Shown: in pieces, positions 39,801 to 48,596 of the stretch
How positions within the stretch are numbered: the first letter of the stretch is position 1
How the letters are laid out: each line of letters opens with the position of its first letter
Assembly: GCA_016929645.1 (NCBI GenBank)
Contig: JAFGIK010000003.1
Location: 6,913-70,912 of the forward strand
Origin: Candidatus Dojkabacteria bacterium
GTDB lineage: Bacteria; Patescibacteriota; Dojkabacteria; SC72; JAFGCJ01
Direction of reading: 5' to 3'
DNA length: 64,000 nt
Notes under the pieces: model-generated
Seen by the model: the letters and a program-made list of their open reading frames with translations, nothing else
Databases searched by the model: none
What the model was told of the DNA's origin: nothing
Program-made: the position numbers and the translations under genes

Positions 39801-40275
39801 AAACTTTGAAATAAAGAGGAAGAAGGTTGATGTTGTTAGTATTCTTGATAAAGTTTTAAAAATTCAAAATGTTATCGGAACTATAAATAAAGTGAAAGTA
39901 TCTCTTGATTCCAGTATTCCTGAAGAATGTGTATTAAATGTCGATCCTGATAAAATCTTCGAAGTATTTAATAATGTAATTAATAATGCTGTTAAATATT
40001 CGAGGGAGAATGGAATTGTTCTTGTTGGAATGAAGGAAGATTCGAAGACTGTAACCTTTTGGATAAAAGACCGTGGTTATGGTATACCAAAGGATGTTCA
40101 AAAAAGAATATTTACACAATTTTTTAGGGCGGAAAATGTTATCAAGAGGGCCACTGAGGGAACTGGTCTTGGATTATACATCGTGAAGTCAATAATGGAT
40201 GCTCATTGTGGAAAAGTGTATTTTAAGTCCGTTGAAAATAAAGGTTCAACTTTTTTCTTGAGCTTTACAAAATAG
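36865..40275 (+). CDS. Multi-sensor histidine kinase (7TM, extracellular Cache-like, HAMP, PAS, HisKA, HATPase)
   Basis: SQDEIGQL HAMP, SIGDGV PAS, ASHQLRTPL, NAVKYS, DRGYGIP, GTGLGL. Confidence 0.92.
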   Translation: MNTFNSILPVIAIICVMALLGLLFGQKKKNAQVLSLIAALSSSVIWLICDFMLINVFNFINQALLYKVTLVFAALSIIFLMHFFISYSRVKISSFIKAIVIIMFIFFVVIDLFTDTIVAGVAESIEFGSQNYIPGSLYLLYIFMIMIPLLSSVFLLIRNYIYARREEDKKFSRIMFLSTVAFAGVVFVNSVIVPMFSMQSPRIVSVAVIFLVIVLLISIVKWNILGVSLGLLSVKTKIFFSIFIFCLGLFSVLIIVAYFVSNLVMKSQSMTFIDLLYKGKNQDIDNYVENYVRDIKKFSSDGEIVLYSNSDQMVKIANYIYNSDLESKTVVDKLSQTIGGVELVVDKDFETNQIIDLNRAWNSSYCWHVCEVTDNDLNFFQGDSYIAQNGELSQCLIESMSSCNVYSNLGEWTFRNNNAYKIDPVNNLYTSIFVSKTDDNKLIFLTSNAYLSFDSDSLYAYDDQNTFANNLDEIYDVKDTMVFDVDGTVDWSLNHKYLINENVNSNIIDSNFWPQFISDVVNSKESIIQVNSYIDGDFSDVFVIGYPIVRDDRVVKIIAVVEDTQEIENIIAQNFDERDDLAIYLLNSDGSMLYSSSNRFISHGYDKSDINEFSCDIDSDVSSNQYSRSGDRIWGICGFDSILNTYLIIEYRLSLSFLGPSWSAYVMILFISVASLCISSLSNFIGNYISAPIKDLENGCKKLLKGDFSHEFKSDSQDEIGQLYQSFGKLSGYIHQTQDEINAKIKEQTRYIENQKNELENNQKELSLLLKNVQTEKVKALKERNTMNAILFSIGDGVFVIDQHFKIVMFNKKAEDISGFSLDDVLGKRYDEVLKFLFEKSRSVNDNFIKNAISAKGGKYVDEPTVLIKKNGTEIAVSNSAAPIKNKAGKKIGYVIVFRDVSREREVDRMKSEFVSVASHQLRTPLTGMKWYIELLAGNNADKLNNEQMDFIRNIRDNNERMISLVDDLLNVTRVESNKNFEIKRKKVDVVSILDKVLKIQNVIGTINKVKVSLDSSIPEECVLNVDPDKIFEVFNNVINNAVKYSRENGIVLVGMKEDSKTVTFWIKDRGYGIPKDVQKRIFTQFFRAENVIKRATEGTGLGLYIVKSIMDAHCGKVYFKSVENKGSTFFLSFTK

Positions 40276-40302
40276 AAATTCATAAATCTATATTTCCTTA
40301 AT

Positions 40303-40617
40303 TTACACCGACCATGGAATTGATGAAATTTTTATTAAAAGACTCTTATTATCGTCTGGAGCAATGATATTAAAGACTAATTGTTTACATTTCTGACATT
40401 TATAAACGATTTGATCTTTTTGATTTTTTATTCGAAATCCAATAGGAATAAGTGTACCTTTACATGGATTTAGTCTATCACCAGGGTTAATATCAACATG
40501 AAGTGAATGTAGGCAGTAGTTACAATGGTCGCGACAACTATGCGGATGTTTATAAACAGTCTTGCCGCAGTTTGTACATATAAATTCTTCATTTCTCACT
40601 ACGAAATTTTGACTCAT
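40303..40617 (-). CDS. RNHCP domain zinc-binding protein
   Basis: FICTNCG...CRDHCNYCLHSLHVD..PGDR...C. Confidence 0.85.
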   Translation of the reverse strand: MSQNFVVRNEEFICTNCGKTVYKHPHSCRDHCNYCLHSLHVDINPGDRLNPCKGTLIPIGFRIKNQKDQIVYKCQKCKQLVFNIIAPDDNKSLLIKISSIPWSV

Positions 40618-40636
40618 TGTGCTAGTATAAAATATT

Positions 40637-42052
40637 ATGAAAATTAGTGAAACTGTCCAATCAAGAAAGCAACCACTGAAAACTGTCTTTTGGGTCCTAT
40701 TTATTGCTGTTTTCGTTTCAGGAATCTGGTATTTATCTACTTTACCTGTATGGTCAAAAACAGATTATGATTTTGCTGTTACGAAAGAATTTTCTAATGA
40801 ACTTGAAACGGATAACGTTAATATCTATTTTCAGGGGGAAACTTATGATCTTGAAGATTTAGGAGTGGAGATCAAACCTGTTGAAGTTTCGATAAGTCAA
40901 AAGATTAAAGGTTTGTTTAGTAAAACATCATATTATGAAATAGCTGTTGATGACGAGGTGTTTCTTAGCAAAATTGAACAATTCAATAACGAATTTGGTA
41001 CTGAGCCAGTAAATTCCCAGCTTTATGTTGATAAAAAAGGAGATTTACAGATATCTGAATCATCTAGCGGAACTAAATATGTTGCCTCTGATATAAAAGA
41101 GGTTCTCGTTAATTCAATAAAAAGTGAATCTTCAAAGATCTATATTGTTCCAGAGACGGTTTTTCCTACCATAACCAAAGAGTCTCTTGCTGATGATTTA
41201 CAAATTCTTAATTATCTTACCAAACCTATTATTATTACAGGTGATGGCTCAACGCTTGTATTAACTCGAGAGCTTTTAATTTCATTTTGGAATTTAGAAT
41301 GTACAAGTGAAAGTGTAGACCAGGATATTGATAATACAAATGATACTCAGGTGTCATTAAATGTTTGTGTACAAAAAGATGTTGTGTCTTCGACTGTTAT
41401 TCCGATGTTAAATGATTTATATAATGATATTCTAAATAGCAAAAAAACAGTCAAAAACCATAATGGTAGTTTTGAGTATCGTACTTGTGATTATGGTCCT
41501 GACCTTGATCTCATAATTTCAGATTTAACAAACCTTCTCGAACGGCGTTTAGCATTGCTTAATGAATATAATGGAAGGATTGATGAAAGTAGGCTAATTG
41601 GTAATGATACGATAACTGTATCATTCATTGACCTTCCAGGAACTGATGGAACTTATGTAACAAGATATATTGAAATTGATCAAACTCAACAAAAGATGTA
41701 CTTATGGCAGGATGGTCAGCTATATAAATCATACGGAATTTCTGGATCTTACGATGATTACGCTGTGTATGGCGTTTATTCTGTCATGAATAAATCAACA
41801 AATGCATGGTCTGATGTTGCAAAAAAATGGATGCCATACTGGATGGCATATTATTATGATCCGAGGCAAAAGGCTATGCTTGGTATACATGAGCTGGTTT
41901 GGTGGGATGATGAAAATGGTGTACGACATGTTGAACCTTCTTCTAATATTGGTACTCCTAAAAGTACAGGATGTATACGTCTCGATAGAGGCGCTGCAAA
42001 GGAAGTTTATGATTGGGCTGAGATTGGAACGCCAATACTTATCCACCCATGA
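40637..42052 (+). CDS. L,D-transpeptidase (YkuD) with peptidoglycan-binding-like N-terminal region
   Basis: N-terminal TM; IEIDQTQQKMYL, WMPYWM, GIHE...STGCIRL. Confidence 0.85.
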   Translation: MKISETVQSRKQPLKTVFWVLFIAVFVSGIWYLSTLPVWSKTDYDFAVTKEFSNELETDNVNIYFQGETYDLEDLGVEIKPVEVSISQKIKGLFSKTSYYEIAVDDEVFLSKIEQFNNEFGTEPVNSQLYVDKKGDLQISESSSGTKYVASDIKEVLVNSIKSESSKIYIVPETVFPTITKESLADDLQILNYLTKPIIITGDGSTLVLTRELLISFWNLECTSESVDQDIDNTNDTQVSLNVCVQKDVVSSTVIPMLNDLYNDILNSKKTVKNHNGSFEYRTCDYGPDLDLIISDLTNLLERRLALLNEYNGRIDESRLIGNDTITVSFIDLPGTDGTYVTRYIEIDQTQQKMYLWQDGQLYKSYGISGSYDDYAVYGVYSVMNKSTNAWSDVAKKWMPYWMAYYYDPRQKAMLGIHELVWWDDENGVRHVEPSSNIGTPKSTGCIRLDRGAAKEVYDWAEIGTPILIHP

Positions 42053-42139
42053 TATGGATTTAGCAAATCAAAATATTTATATCCTTTTTCATAATTAATA
42101 TGTTAAAATTATAAATATAAAATTTAACCCGATATTTTA

Positions 42140-42313
42140 ATGACTTTATCAAAAGAATGGTTAATGGTCTCAAGTAATCTGCGAGCTCTTGCTCGAGCTG
42201 CTGATGAAGCTGCTGATGATGAATTAACACCATTTCAAATGCAAAAGTACTTTCGTGAGCTTGAGGAATGTGTTAATACTCTTGAAAGTCTTGTTCGCCG
42301 ATATTCTAAGTAG
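42140..42313 (+). CDS. Small 57-aa helical protein missed by the ORF track
   Basis: ATG 42140 to TAG 42313, MTLSKEWLMVSSNLRALARAADEAADDELTPFQMQKYFRELEECVNTLESLVRRYSK; coding-like composition inside an AT-rich gap. Confidence 0.6.
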   Translation: MTLSKEWLMVSSNLRALARAADEAADDELTPFQMQKYFRELEECVNTLESLVRRYSK

Positions 42314-42393
42314 GCCAAACATTATCTATTATCTGAAAAAAGTACTTTTTGCCCTTATTTCTAAACGTTTACTTAATTTTATTTTTAACTTAT

Positions 42394-42876
42394 ATGTCAG
42401 ATGTTGAATCTCAAAAGAAAAATCAACGGATTTATCGATCTGAGACGAACAAAGTAATTGCAGGTGTATGTGGTGGTCTTGGCGAGTTCTTTAATATCGA
42501 TCCTGTTATTATTCGTTTAATTTTCGTTCTTATGGTCTTGTTTGGTGGTAGTGGTATGTTAATCTACTTAATTATGTGGATCATTGTTCCTCTAAAGTCC
42601 AGTGTATCTCAAAGTACAGAAGCGACGATTAAGCAAAATGCTAAAGAATTTGAAAATAAAGCTAAGAAAGCAGCGGTTGATCTTGAAAAAACAGTGAAGA
42701 AAACAGATACAAAATTATGGTTCGGATTGATCATTTTATTTCTTGGATTCTTCTTTTTATTACAGAACTTTGGTATAAACTTAAATCCATTTAGGTTCAT
42801 TAATTTTTCAATATTATGGCCGATACTTATCATTTTCCTTGGTATATTAATTGTTATTAAGAAAAACGATGACTGA
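42394..42876 (+). CDS. pspC: PspC domain protein with LiaF/DUF5668-like C-terminal TM domain
   Basis: IYRSETNKVIAGVCGGLGEFFNIDPVIIRL; LWPILIIFLG. Confidence 0.88.
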   Translation: MSDVESQKKNQRIYRSETNKVIAGVCGGLGEFFNIDPVIIRLIFVLMVLFGGSGMLIYLIMWIIVPLKSSVSQSTEATIKQNAKEFENKAKKAAVDLEKTVKKTDTKLWFGLIILFLGFFFLLQNFGINLNPFRFINFSILWPILIIFLGILIVIKKNDD

Positions 42877-44110
42877 AAATAAATCAAAATCTTCGAAAAA
42901 AACTCAAAAATCTGACACCAAAAAAGTGAATGCAAAGAAGAATAAAACAATTCATAAGTCAGATAAAACCCGTCCAGTTTCTTCAGAAGCAGGATCGACT
43001 GAATCTCCATCTGCTAATCAGGCACAATCGGGAAATAGTAATTCTGAACAGAGTAAGTGTCGTCGTTCTGGTGGAGGGTCAATTTTTTGGGGAGGCTTGT
43101 TCATATTTATCGGCGCTATATTTTTACTCAATACACTGGGGTTATTATCCTGGTCGGTATGGTCTGTACTGTGGAGACTATGGCCAATCCTCTTGATATT
43201 AATTGGTATGCAAGTGATTTTGGGGAGGAGTTGGATAGGGAGATTACTTGTAGGATTAATCAGCTTGAGTATTTTTGCTTTAATTGCAATTATTGCTATT
43301 GCTGCTTTGGACTCAAGATTTAATAACTGGCTTGGAAACAGATTGAAATTCTGGAATGATCATGGTGAAAGTATTATTGATACCTGGGATAATGTAACTA
43401 CAGGAAATAAACTGAAAGATAGATTTACTGTTGCTAAAAATGATTACGATGGAGTTGATGAACTCAATGTCGATATATCGGTAGGTGAAGGGGAGTTCGA
43501 TTTAGGTAACTCAGGAGACGAGTATTTGATTGTTGATTCATCTTATTACAAAAATGTCGGAGTGCCAAAAATTAGAACAGAAAAGAATAATGATTCTCTG
43601 GATATAAAGTTCTGGACCGAAAAAAACATATCATCAGGGATGATTGATAGTCCTTATTATGATATTTCTCTTGGTAAAAATGAATTGGCAACAAATTTAA
43701 ATGTTGATCTTGGTGCTGGATCAGGTGATATATCTTTTAGCAAGTTGAACATAAAGGATTTTAATCTGGATATCGGTATGGGTTCTTGTAGTGTAGATTT
43801 GTCCCAAACGGATGTTAATTCAATGGATATTAGTATTGGTATGGGTTCTGCAGAGATGGAACTAGACGAAGAGTCAATTCCTGTTAATACAAGTACCGTT
43901 GAGATCGGTGCAGGATCGTTATCTATGGATGTTCCTGAGCGTGTAGGAATTAAAGTAATTTATAATATTGGACTTGGCTCTCTTGAAGTTGGAGGCAAAA
44001 CACTTACTGGGGATGGATCATATAAGACAAATAATTTTGATGATGCAAAAATTCAACTAGTTCTTAATGTAGATATTGGTACAGGAAGTATTGAAATTGA
44101 ACGAAGTTAG
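42869..44110 (+). CDS. LiaI/LiaF-like TM domain plus toast-rack beta-repeat protein
   Basis: FWGGLFIFIG...LWPILLILIG; repeated (D/E)xGxGS strands. Confidence 0.75.
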   Translation: MTENKSKSSKKTQKSDTKKVNAKKNKTIHKSDKTRPVSSEAGSTESPSANQAQSGNSNSEQSKCRRSGGGSIFWGGLFIFIGAIFLLNTLGLLSWSVWSVLWRLWPILLILIGMQVILGRSWIGRLLVGLISLSIFALIAIIAIAALDSRFNNWLGNRLKFWNDHGESIIDTWDNVTTGNKLKDRFTVAKNDYDGVDELNVDISVGEGEFDLGNSGDEYLIVDSSYYKNVGVPKIRTEKNNDSLDIKFWTEKNISSGMIDSPYYDISLGKNELATNLNVDLGAGSGDISFSKLNIKDFNLDIGMGSCSVDLSQTDVNSMDISIGMGSAEMELDEESIPVNTSTVEIGAGSLSMDVPERVGIKVIYNIGLGSLEVGGKTLTGDGSYKTNNFDDAKIQLVLNVDIGTGSIEIERS

Positions 44111-44162
44111 TTTTATGCGACTTTTACCAACATATATTAAGGAAATTTGATAATTGGATTTG

Positions 44163-45092
44163 TTAGTCCTTGATTACTACAATTGCCATATTTTCAAGGT
44201 TTTGAAATCCTGTTCTAAACTCCGGATAACTTACTGCATCGTATGTCCCAAATCCGACATCCATAAGGTAGATTTTTTCGGGATCTATTCCATGGATGAC
44301 CAAGGCATGTTCATCTTCTATCCATGGATTTTCTTCTCCATCTGGACCGATCATTGTCCCAACTGTCTTGGGCTTAAAATCATTTGATACCCATACAATT
44401 ACTGGGTAACCTTGACGTACGTAATTGAATAATTCATCTACGTCCCAGTTTGTTTTAGAAATACTGGAAGAAAACCCATGATTGGCAAGTACTTTATATA
44501 CTGGTTCATTGTATACGCCATATCCATCAACATAGACAACTTCGCCATCAATATTTCCGACAAATGAACGTTGAGGGTTTCCCCAGTGAAGATTTCCTTG
44601 ATCATCAAAATATCTAGTACTTGTTGTATCAGCACCAATTTCTGCTATGATCTGATCCTCAGTAACATCTACTCCAAAATATTTCATCAGAATGTGTGCA
44701 CTTGCTGACTCACAGGAAGCTGGATGGGTTTGTTTGTATGTTTCGACATTCATGATTACTGTTGAGGGATATGTGTTGAGTCTTGGTGGATTTGAGGTTG
44801 AGTTTATCTGGTCTTCTAGCTCTAAAATCTTGAGTTGCAATGAGGTAATTTCTTGTTCATAATCTTCAATCTGTGATTCTTGTTCTTCTTCTGTGTAACA
44901 ATCTTTAGCACGTTGTATTGCTATGAATTTGGTAACGAAATAATAAATCAGGAATGAGAGAGCGGCTAATGCTAGGAAAAGCGGAACTATCATCCATCTA
45001 TTTTTTTCGTTTTTAGCCTTTGTTGGCTTTTCTTCAACGAAATTGATATTTTGTGGAAGATCGAAATTCTTTGTCTGTTGTGGATTAATCAT
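44163..45092 (-). CDS. Membrane-anchored C39-like cysteine peptidase
   Basis: YKQTHPASCESAS, EHALVIHG, YLMD; ATG 45092 avoids overlap with the divergent gene. Confidence 0.82.
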   Translation of the reverse strand: MINPQQTKNFDLPQNINFVEEKPTKAKNEKNRWMIVPLFLALAALSFLIYYFVTKFIAIQRAKDCYTEEEQESQIEDYEQEITSLQLKILELEDQINSTSNPPRLNTYPSTVIMNVETYKQTHPASCESASAHILMKYFGVDVTEDQIIAEIGADTTSTRYFDDQGNLHWGNPQRSFVGNIDGEVVYVDGYGVYNEPVYKVLANHGFSSSISKTNWDVDELFNYVRQGYPVIVWVSNDFKPKTVGTMIGPDGEENPWIEDEHALVIHGIDPEKIYLMDVGFGTYDAVSYPEFRTGFQNLENMAIVVIKD

Positions 45093-45179
45093 ATGATCTA
45101 TTATCTCAATTAATTTGCTATTTGCAATAGGAATCCTTCGTATTATATAGTTAAAGATATAAATTAATAAGTATTTTTT

Positions 45180-45992
45180 ATGGCTGATCAAAATAAAAAG
45201 GGAAAATCAGAAATGAAAGATAATAAGAGTAAAAAATCTTCCGTCAATGTGCTTGTATCTCTACTGATAGCAATTCTTGCACTTATTGTCGGCTGTGCTG
45301 GTGGAGCATTGGTTTTATGGCTTGTTGTGAATTTCTCAAAAGATGCTTTCTGTTCTGAGTATAATGTTCCTGAGGTTAGTGATAGTGAAGACATATCAGA
45401 ACCAGAGAGTAATAATGATGACAATGAGTATATAGGTGAGAGCTATAAACTTCTGGTTGATGATGGGTATGTTACTGTTCCTGAAGGATGGAAGGTTACT
45501 GAAGTAGATAGTTATTTTGATTATTTGAGTGATTCAGAAATAGCTGAGATTGGTCTTTCTGGCGGTGCCTGGCCAATTCATGATTACAATCAGATCGTAA
45601 TTTCAAACGACGATGCGTCTATCACCTATGAGAGACAGGCTCTATATGTCCCTGGTGGATTCGGGGGCACGTCCTCCATGCTGAATGACTCATTTACTGT
45701 TGTTGTTGAGCCAACAGAAGTTTTGGACTATGATAATTCTGATTCAGATATGTATGGTTTTGCTGTAAAGGAAGTTAATTCTAATGAATTTGAATATCAT
45801 ATTATTTGCATAAATGAATATTATGATCCAGCTTCTAGTAATCCAGATGAATCTGAATTTTTTGATCTTTCTGCAGGACTTGAGGTATACCCGATATTGG
45901 TACTTGAAGGAGATGAAACGTATAAAAATGTAGCAGAGACATTTCTAGCCGAGGCTTGTATCGAAAATTCATCTGGATGGTGTGAACAATAA
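45180..45992 (+). CDS. Hypothetical membrane-anchored acidic protein
   Basis: Single N-terminal TM, acidic extracellular domain with cysteines. Confidence 0.65.
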   Translation: MADQNKKGKSEMKDNKSKKSSVNVLVSLLIAILALIVGCAGGALVLWLVVNFSKDAFCSEYNVPEVSDSEDISEPESNNDDNEYIGESYKLLVDDGYVTVPEGWKVTEVDSYFDYLSDSEIAEIGLSGGAWPIHDYNQIVISNDDASITYERQALYVPGGFGGTSSMLNDSFTVVVEPTEVLDYDNSDSDMYGFAVKEVNSNEFEYHIICINEYYDPASSNPDESEFFDLSAGLEVYPILVLEGDETYKNVAETFLAEACIENSSGWCEQ

Positions 45993-46022
45993 ACTTTTTT
46001 AGTTCCTTATATCATAGTTAGA

Positions 46023-46050
46023 AAAAGAGGGCGGAATTCCGCCCTCTTTT
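46023..46050. terminator. Bidirectional intrinsic terminator
   Basis: 28-bp perfect palindrome aaaagagggcggaattccgccctctttt between convergent genes, T-runs on both strands. Confidence 0.8.
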
Positions 46051-46076
46051 AAATTCTAAAAACCTTTAAACGAAAA

Positions 46077-46931
46077 TCATGCACTGCACCTTGGACATGG
46101 CTTTACATATCCAAAGGAACTTTCTTCTGGCTCATCTTCATAAGCAACATCCTTTACGAGATTCTCCATCATTTTTTCTGTTAACTCTGGCATAAATTTG
46201 TACAAGAAGGAATAACTTTTTGACATACTAGGGACAAGTATTTTCCTGGTATTCGTAAAGATAGCCTTATACACCGCTTCAGCAACAATTTCTGGTGTGA
46301 CAACTTGACTACTATCCATCTGCGAGATATCTATATTTGCCTTATCTTTTGAGAAGAAGGCTGTGTTTACTGCACCTGGATGAAGAGAGGAGACCTTTAT
46401 TCCAAATGGTTTCAATTCCTGTCGAATCGCATCAGTAAGTCCGGTAATGGCCCATTTTGAAGCTACGTAAACAGACCATTGAGGAATTGTAATCAAACCG
46501 GCAAGCGAGGAGGTATTAATGAGGTGTCCATTTTTTTGTTCTTTGAAAATCTGAGAAGCGTATTTAGCTACGTAAATTTCACCTTTTACGTTTACATCTA
46601 TTGTTTTAGCAATCTCGTCATCGGTAATTTCGTATATTCGCTTAACAAACCCAAGCCCAGCATTATTAAACACAACATCGACACATCCAAGATTCTCAAT
46701 TGCATTTTCGAACATTTTTTTAACTTGATCTGGTTGAGTTACATCAACTTTGAAATAAAAACCTTTCCCGCCTAGGGAATTAATTTCATCAACAACTTTT
46801 GAAAGTTTTTCCTCGTCACGTGCGGCAACTAGTACTTTAGCCCCATCTTTTGCGCAACGTAAAGCAACAGCTTTTCCAATGCCGCTTGATCCGCCAGTGA
46901 TCAGAATTGATTTATCCTTAAGCTTAATCAT
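46077..46931 (-). CDS. SDR family NAD(P)-dependent oxidoreductase
   Basis: TGGSSGIG, NNAG, YVASK, HPG. Confidence 0.92.
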   Translation of the reverse strand: MIKLKDKSILITGGSSGIGKAVALRCAKDGAKVLVAARDEEKLSKVVDEINSLGGKGFYFKVDVTQPDQVKKMFENAIENLGCVDVVFNNAGLGFVKRIYEITDDEIAKTIDVNVKGEIYVAKYASQIFKEQKNGHLINTSSLAGLITIPQWSVYVASKWAITGLTDAIRQELKPFGIKVSSLHPGAVNTAFFSKDKANIDISQMDSSQVVTPEIVAEAVYKAIFTNTRKILVPSMSKSYSFLYKFMPELTEKMMENLVKDVAYEDEPEESSFGYVKPCPRCSA

Positions 46932-46943
46932 AAGTAATTTTGC

Positions 46944-47222
46944 TTATTTTATTTTTTTCTTTTCTACACGGATGGCACCTTCTGGGCATCTTCTTTGGCA
47001 TATTTGACATGCTGTGCATTTGCTTATGTCGCATTGGACTATTTTGTTGTTGTAGACACCTCTTACTGTTGGATTTATTCCTATACATTTTTGAGGACAG
47101 ACTTCTTGACAAATTCGACAGCCCTTGCAAAGACCTGCAAAGACAGTGTGTGATTGAATTTCGTTTTCTGTTGTTTCTGGCTTGAAGTCTTTTAATTTTT
47201 TATTTGTATTTTTTTTGTTCAT
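46944..47222 (-). CDS. 2x[4Fe-4S] ferredoxin (oxidoreductase delta subunit)
   Basis: CKGCRICQEVCP and CTACQICQRRCP. Confidence 0.92.
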   Translation of the reverse strand: MNKKNTNKKLKDFKPETTENEIQSHTVFAGLCKGCRICQEVCPQKCIGINPTVRGVYNNKIVQCDISKCTACQICQRRCPEGAIRVEKKKIK

Positions 47223-47238
47223 TTTTTCCAGTCTTTAA

Positions 47239-47817
47239 TTATTTTGTTAGACTTATTCCGTGTAAAAATGCTGAGTCATTATTTTTTTTAAGGCTTTCAT
47301 TTTTTTGATAATATTTACCAAATTTTTTATCCATTAATTTTTGGATATCCTGAACTAACTCTTTATCAATTATCCCAGTTAACAGTCCAAGCAAGATTAT
47401 ATTAAAGCTCCGTTCTGAAAACTTTTCTGTTGCAATCTTAAATGCGTCTGCAGGTAAAATACACCCAGTTTTTTTCTTGATTTTGTCTACTACACTTTGA
47501 TTAACAAGACTACTGTCATAAATAACATTTGACTGGGGTGAAATGTATCTTAATGACCTCTCAATGTTTCTGCTTGATGTAATTATGAAAACATTTGAAG
47601 TTGTGAACTTGGGTGATACTATTTCGTTTTTAGAAATTGTTATAAAAGATAAGGATAATCCTCCTCTTTGTTCTGTTCCAAAATTTGGAATATATGTTGC
47701 ATGATAACCAAAATTTGAGGAAGCCTGAGCAAACAGTTTTGCTATCGTCTGAATTCCCTGTCCTCCCTCGCCAACAATGATTATTCTTATTGTTTGAGTT
47801 GGTATAGTGCAGCTCAT
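47239..47817 (-). CDS. 2-oxoacid:ferredoxin oxidoreductase gamma subunit
   Basis: GEGGQG, FGTEQRGG, NIILLG. Confidence 0.9.
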   Translation of the reverse strand: MSCTIPTQTIRIIIVGEGGQGIQTIAKLFAQASSNFGYHATYIPNFGTEQRGGLSLSFITISKNEIVSPKFTTSNVFIITSSRNIERSLRYISPQSNVIYDSSLVNQSVVDKIKKKTGCILPADAFKIATEKFSERSFNIILLGLLTGIIDKELVQDIQKLMDKKFGKYYQKNESLKKNNDSAFLHGISLTK

Positions 47818-48596
47818 TTTATTTTATGTGTATCTTCGAAATTAGGATAATATTTCTTGAATTTCTCAAGTGATTGAATTGTTTCTTGAGCATTTGTTTT
47901 CCAGTTTGTAGGGCAGTATGATAATGCTTCAACAAAACTGAATCCCTTGTTATCAATCTGATGCATAATTGCTCTTTGAATTGTCATTTGCAGTTGGATT
48001 GGATTGTTGACTGCACTTCGGGCAATAAACTGATTCTCAATTCCAAGATTATTGAGCATTTCTGGACCATTTATTGGATTTCCATGGTATTTTCTATCTC
48101 TACCAAGCGGTGCTGTTGTTGTTTCTGGTTGGTCGCTGATTGTGGTTGGTGCCATTTGTCCACCTGTCATGCCATAATTAAGATTATTTACAATTATTGT
48201 AGTTATAGCTTCATTTCTTAAAGTTGCATGAATTAAATGCTGTAAGCCAATTGCATATCCACCTCCGTCACCAAGATAGGCGATGACAATTGAATTTGGA
48301 TTTGCTCTCTTAAATCCTGTAGCAACAGGAATAGTTCGACCATGATGTGTCTGAGTTGTATCAACGTCAAAATAATTCCATGCAAGGAGTGAACAACCAA
48401 TGTCAATTAAAAATACAGTTTCGTTTTTTATCCCGAGTTTATCAATTACTGATCCCAAGGCGTTTAGCACTATTGGATGACCACAGCCAGGACAAAAGCT
48501 ATGAGGTTTAGTTGATAAATTAACACATTCAGGCAATATTGGTTGTAGCTGTTGTGTTTTATTAATGTTTTGTTTTAAAGTGTTTTGCAAACTCAT
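47814..48596 (-). CDS. 2-oxoacid:ferredoxin oxidoreductase beta subunit
   Basis: FCPGCGH, DIGCS, TPP motif GDGG...NN, YGMTGGQ, CPTNW. Confidence 0.93.
   Translation of the reverse strand: MSLQNTLKQNINKTQQLQPILPECVNLSTKPHSFCPGCGHPIVLNALGSVIDKLGIKNETVFLIDIGCSLLAWNYFDVDTTQTHHGRTIPVATGFKRANPNSIVIAYLGDGGGYAIGLQHLIHATLRNEAITTIIVNNLNYGMTGGQMAPTTISDQPETTTAPLGRDRKYHGNPINGPEMLNNLGIENQFIARSAVNNPIQLQMTIQRAIMHQIDNKGFSFVEALSYCPTNWKTNAQETIQSLEKFKKYYPNFEDTHKIK

Noticed and set aside
44163-45092. C39 peptidase as part of a bacteriocin/RiPP export system
   Set aside because: No ABC transporter, precursor peptide or modifying enzyme is nearby; it is a stand-alone membrane-anchored C39-like protein.
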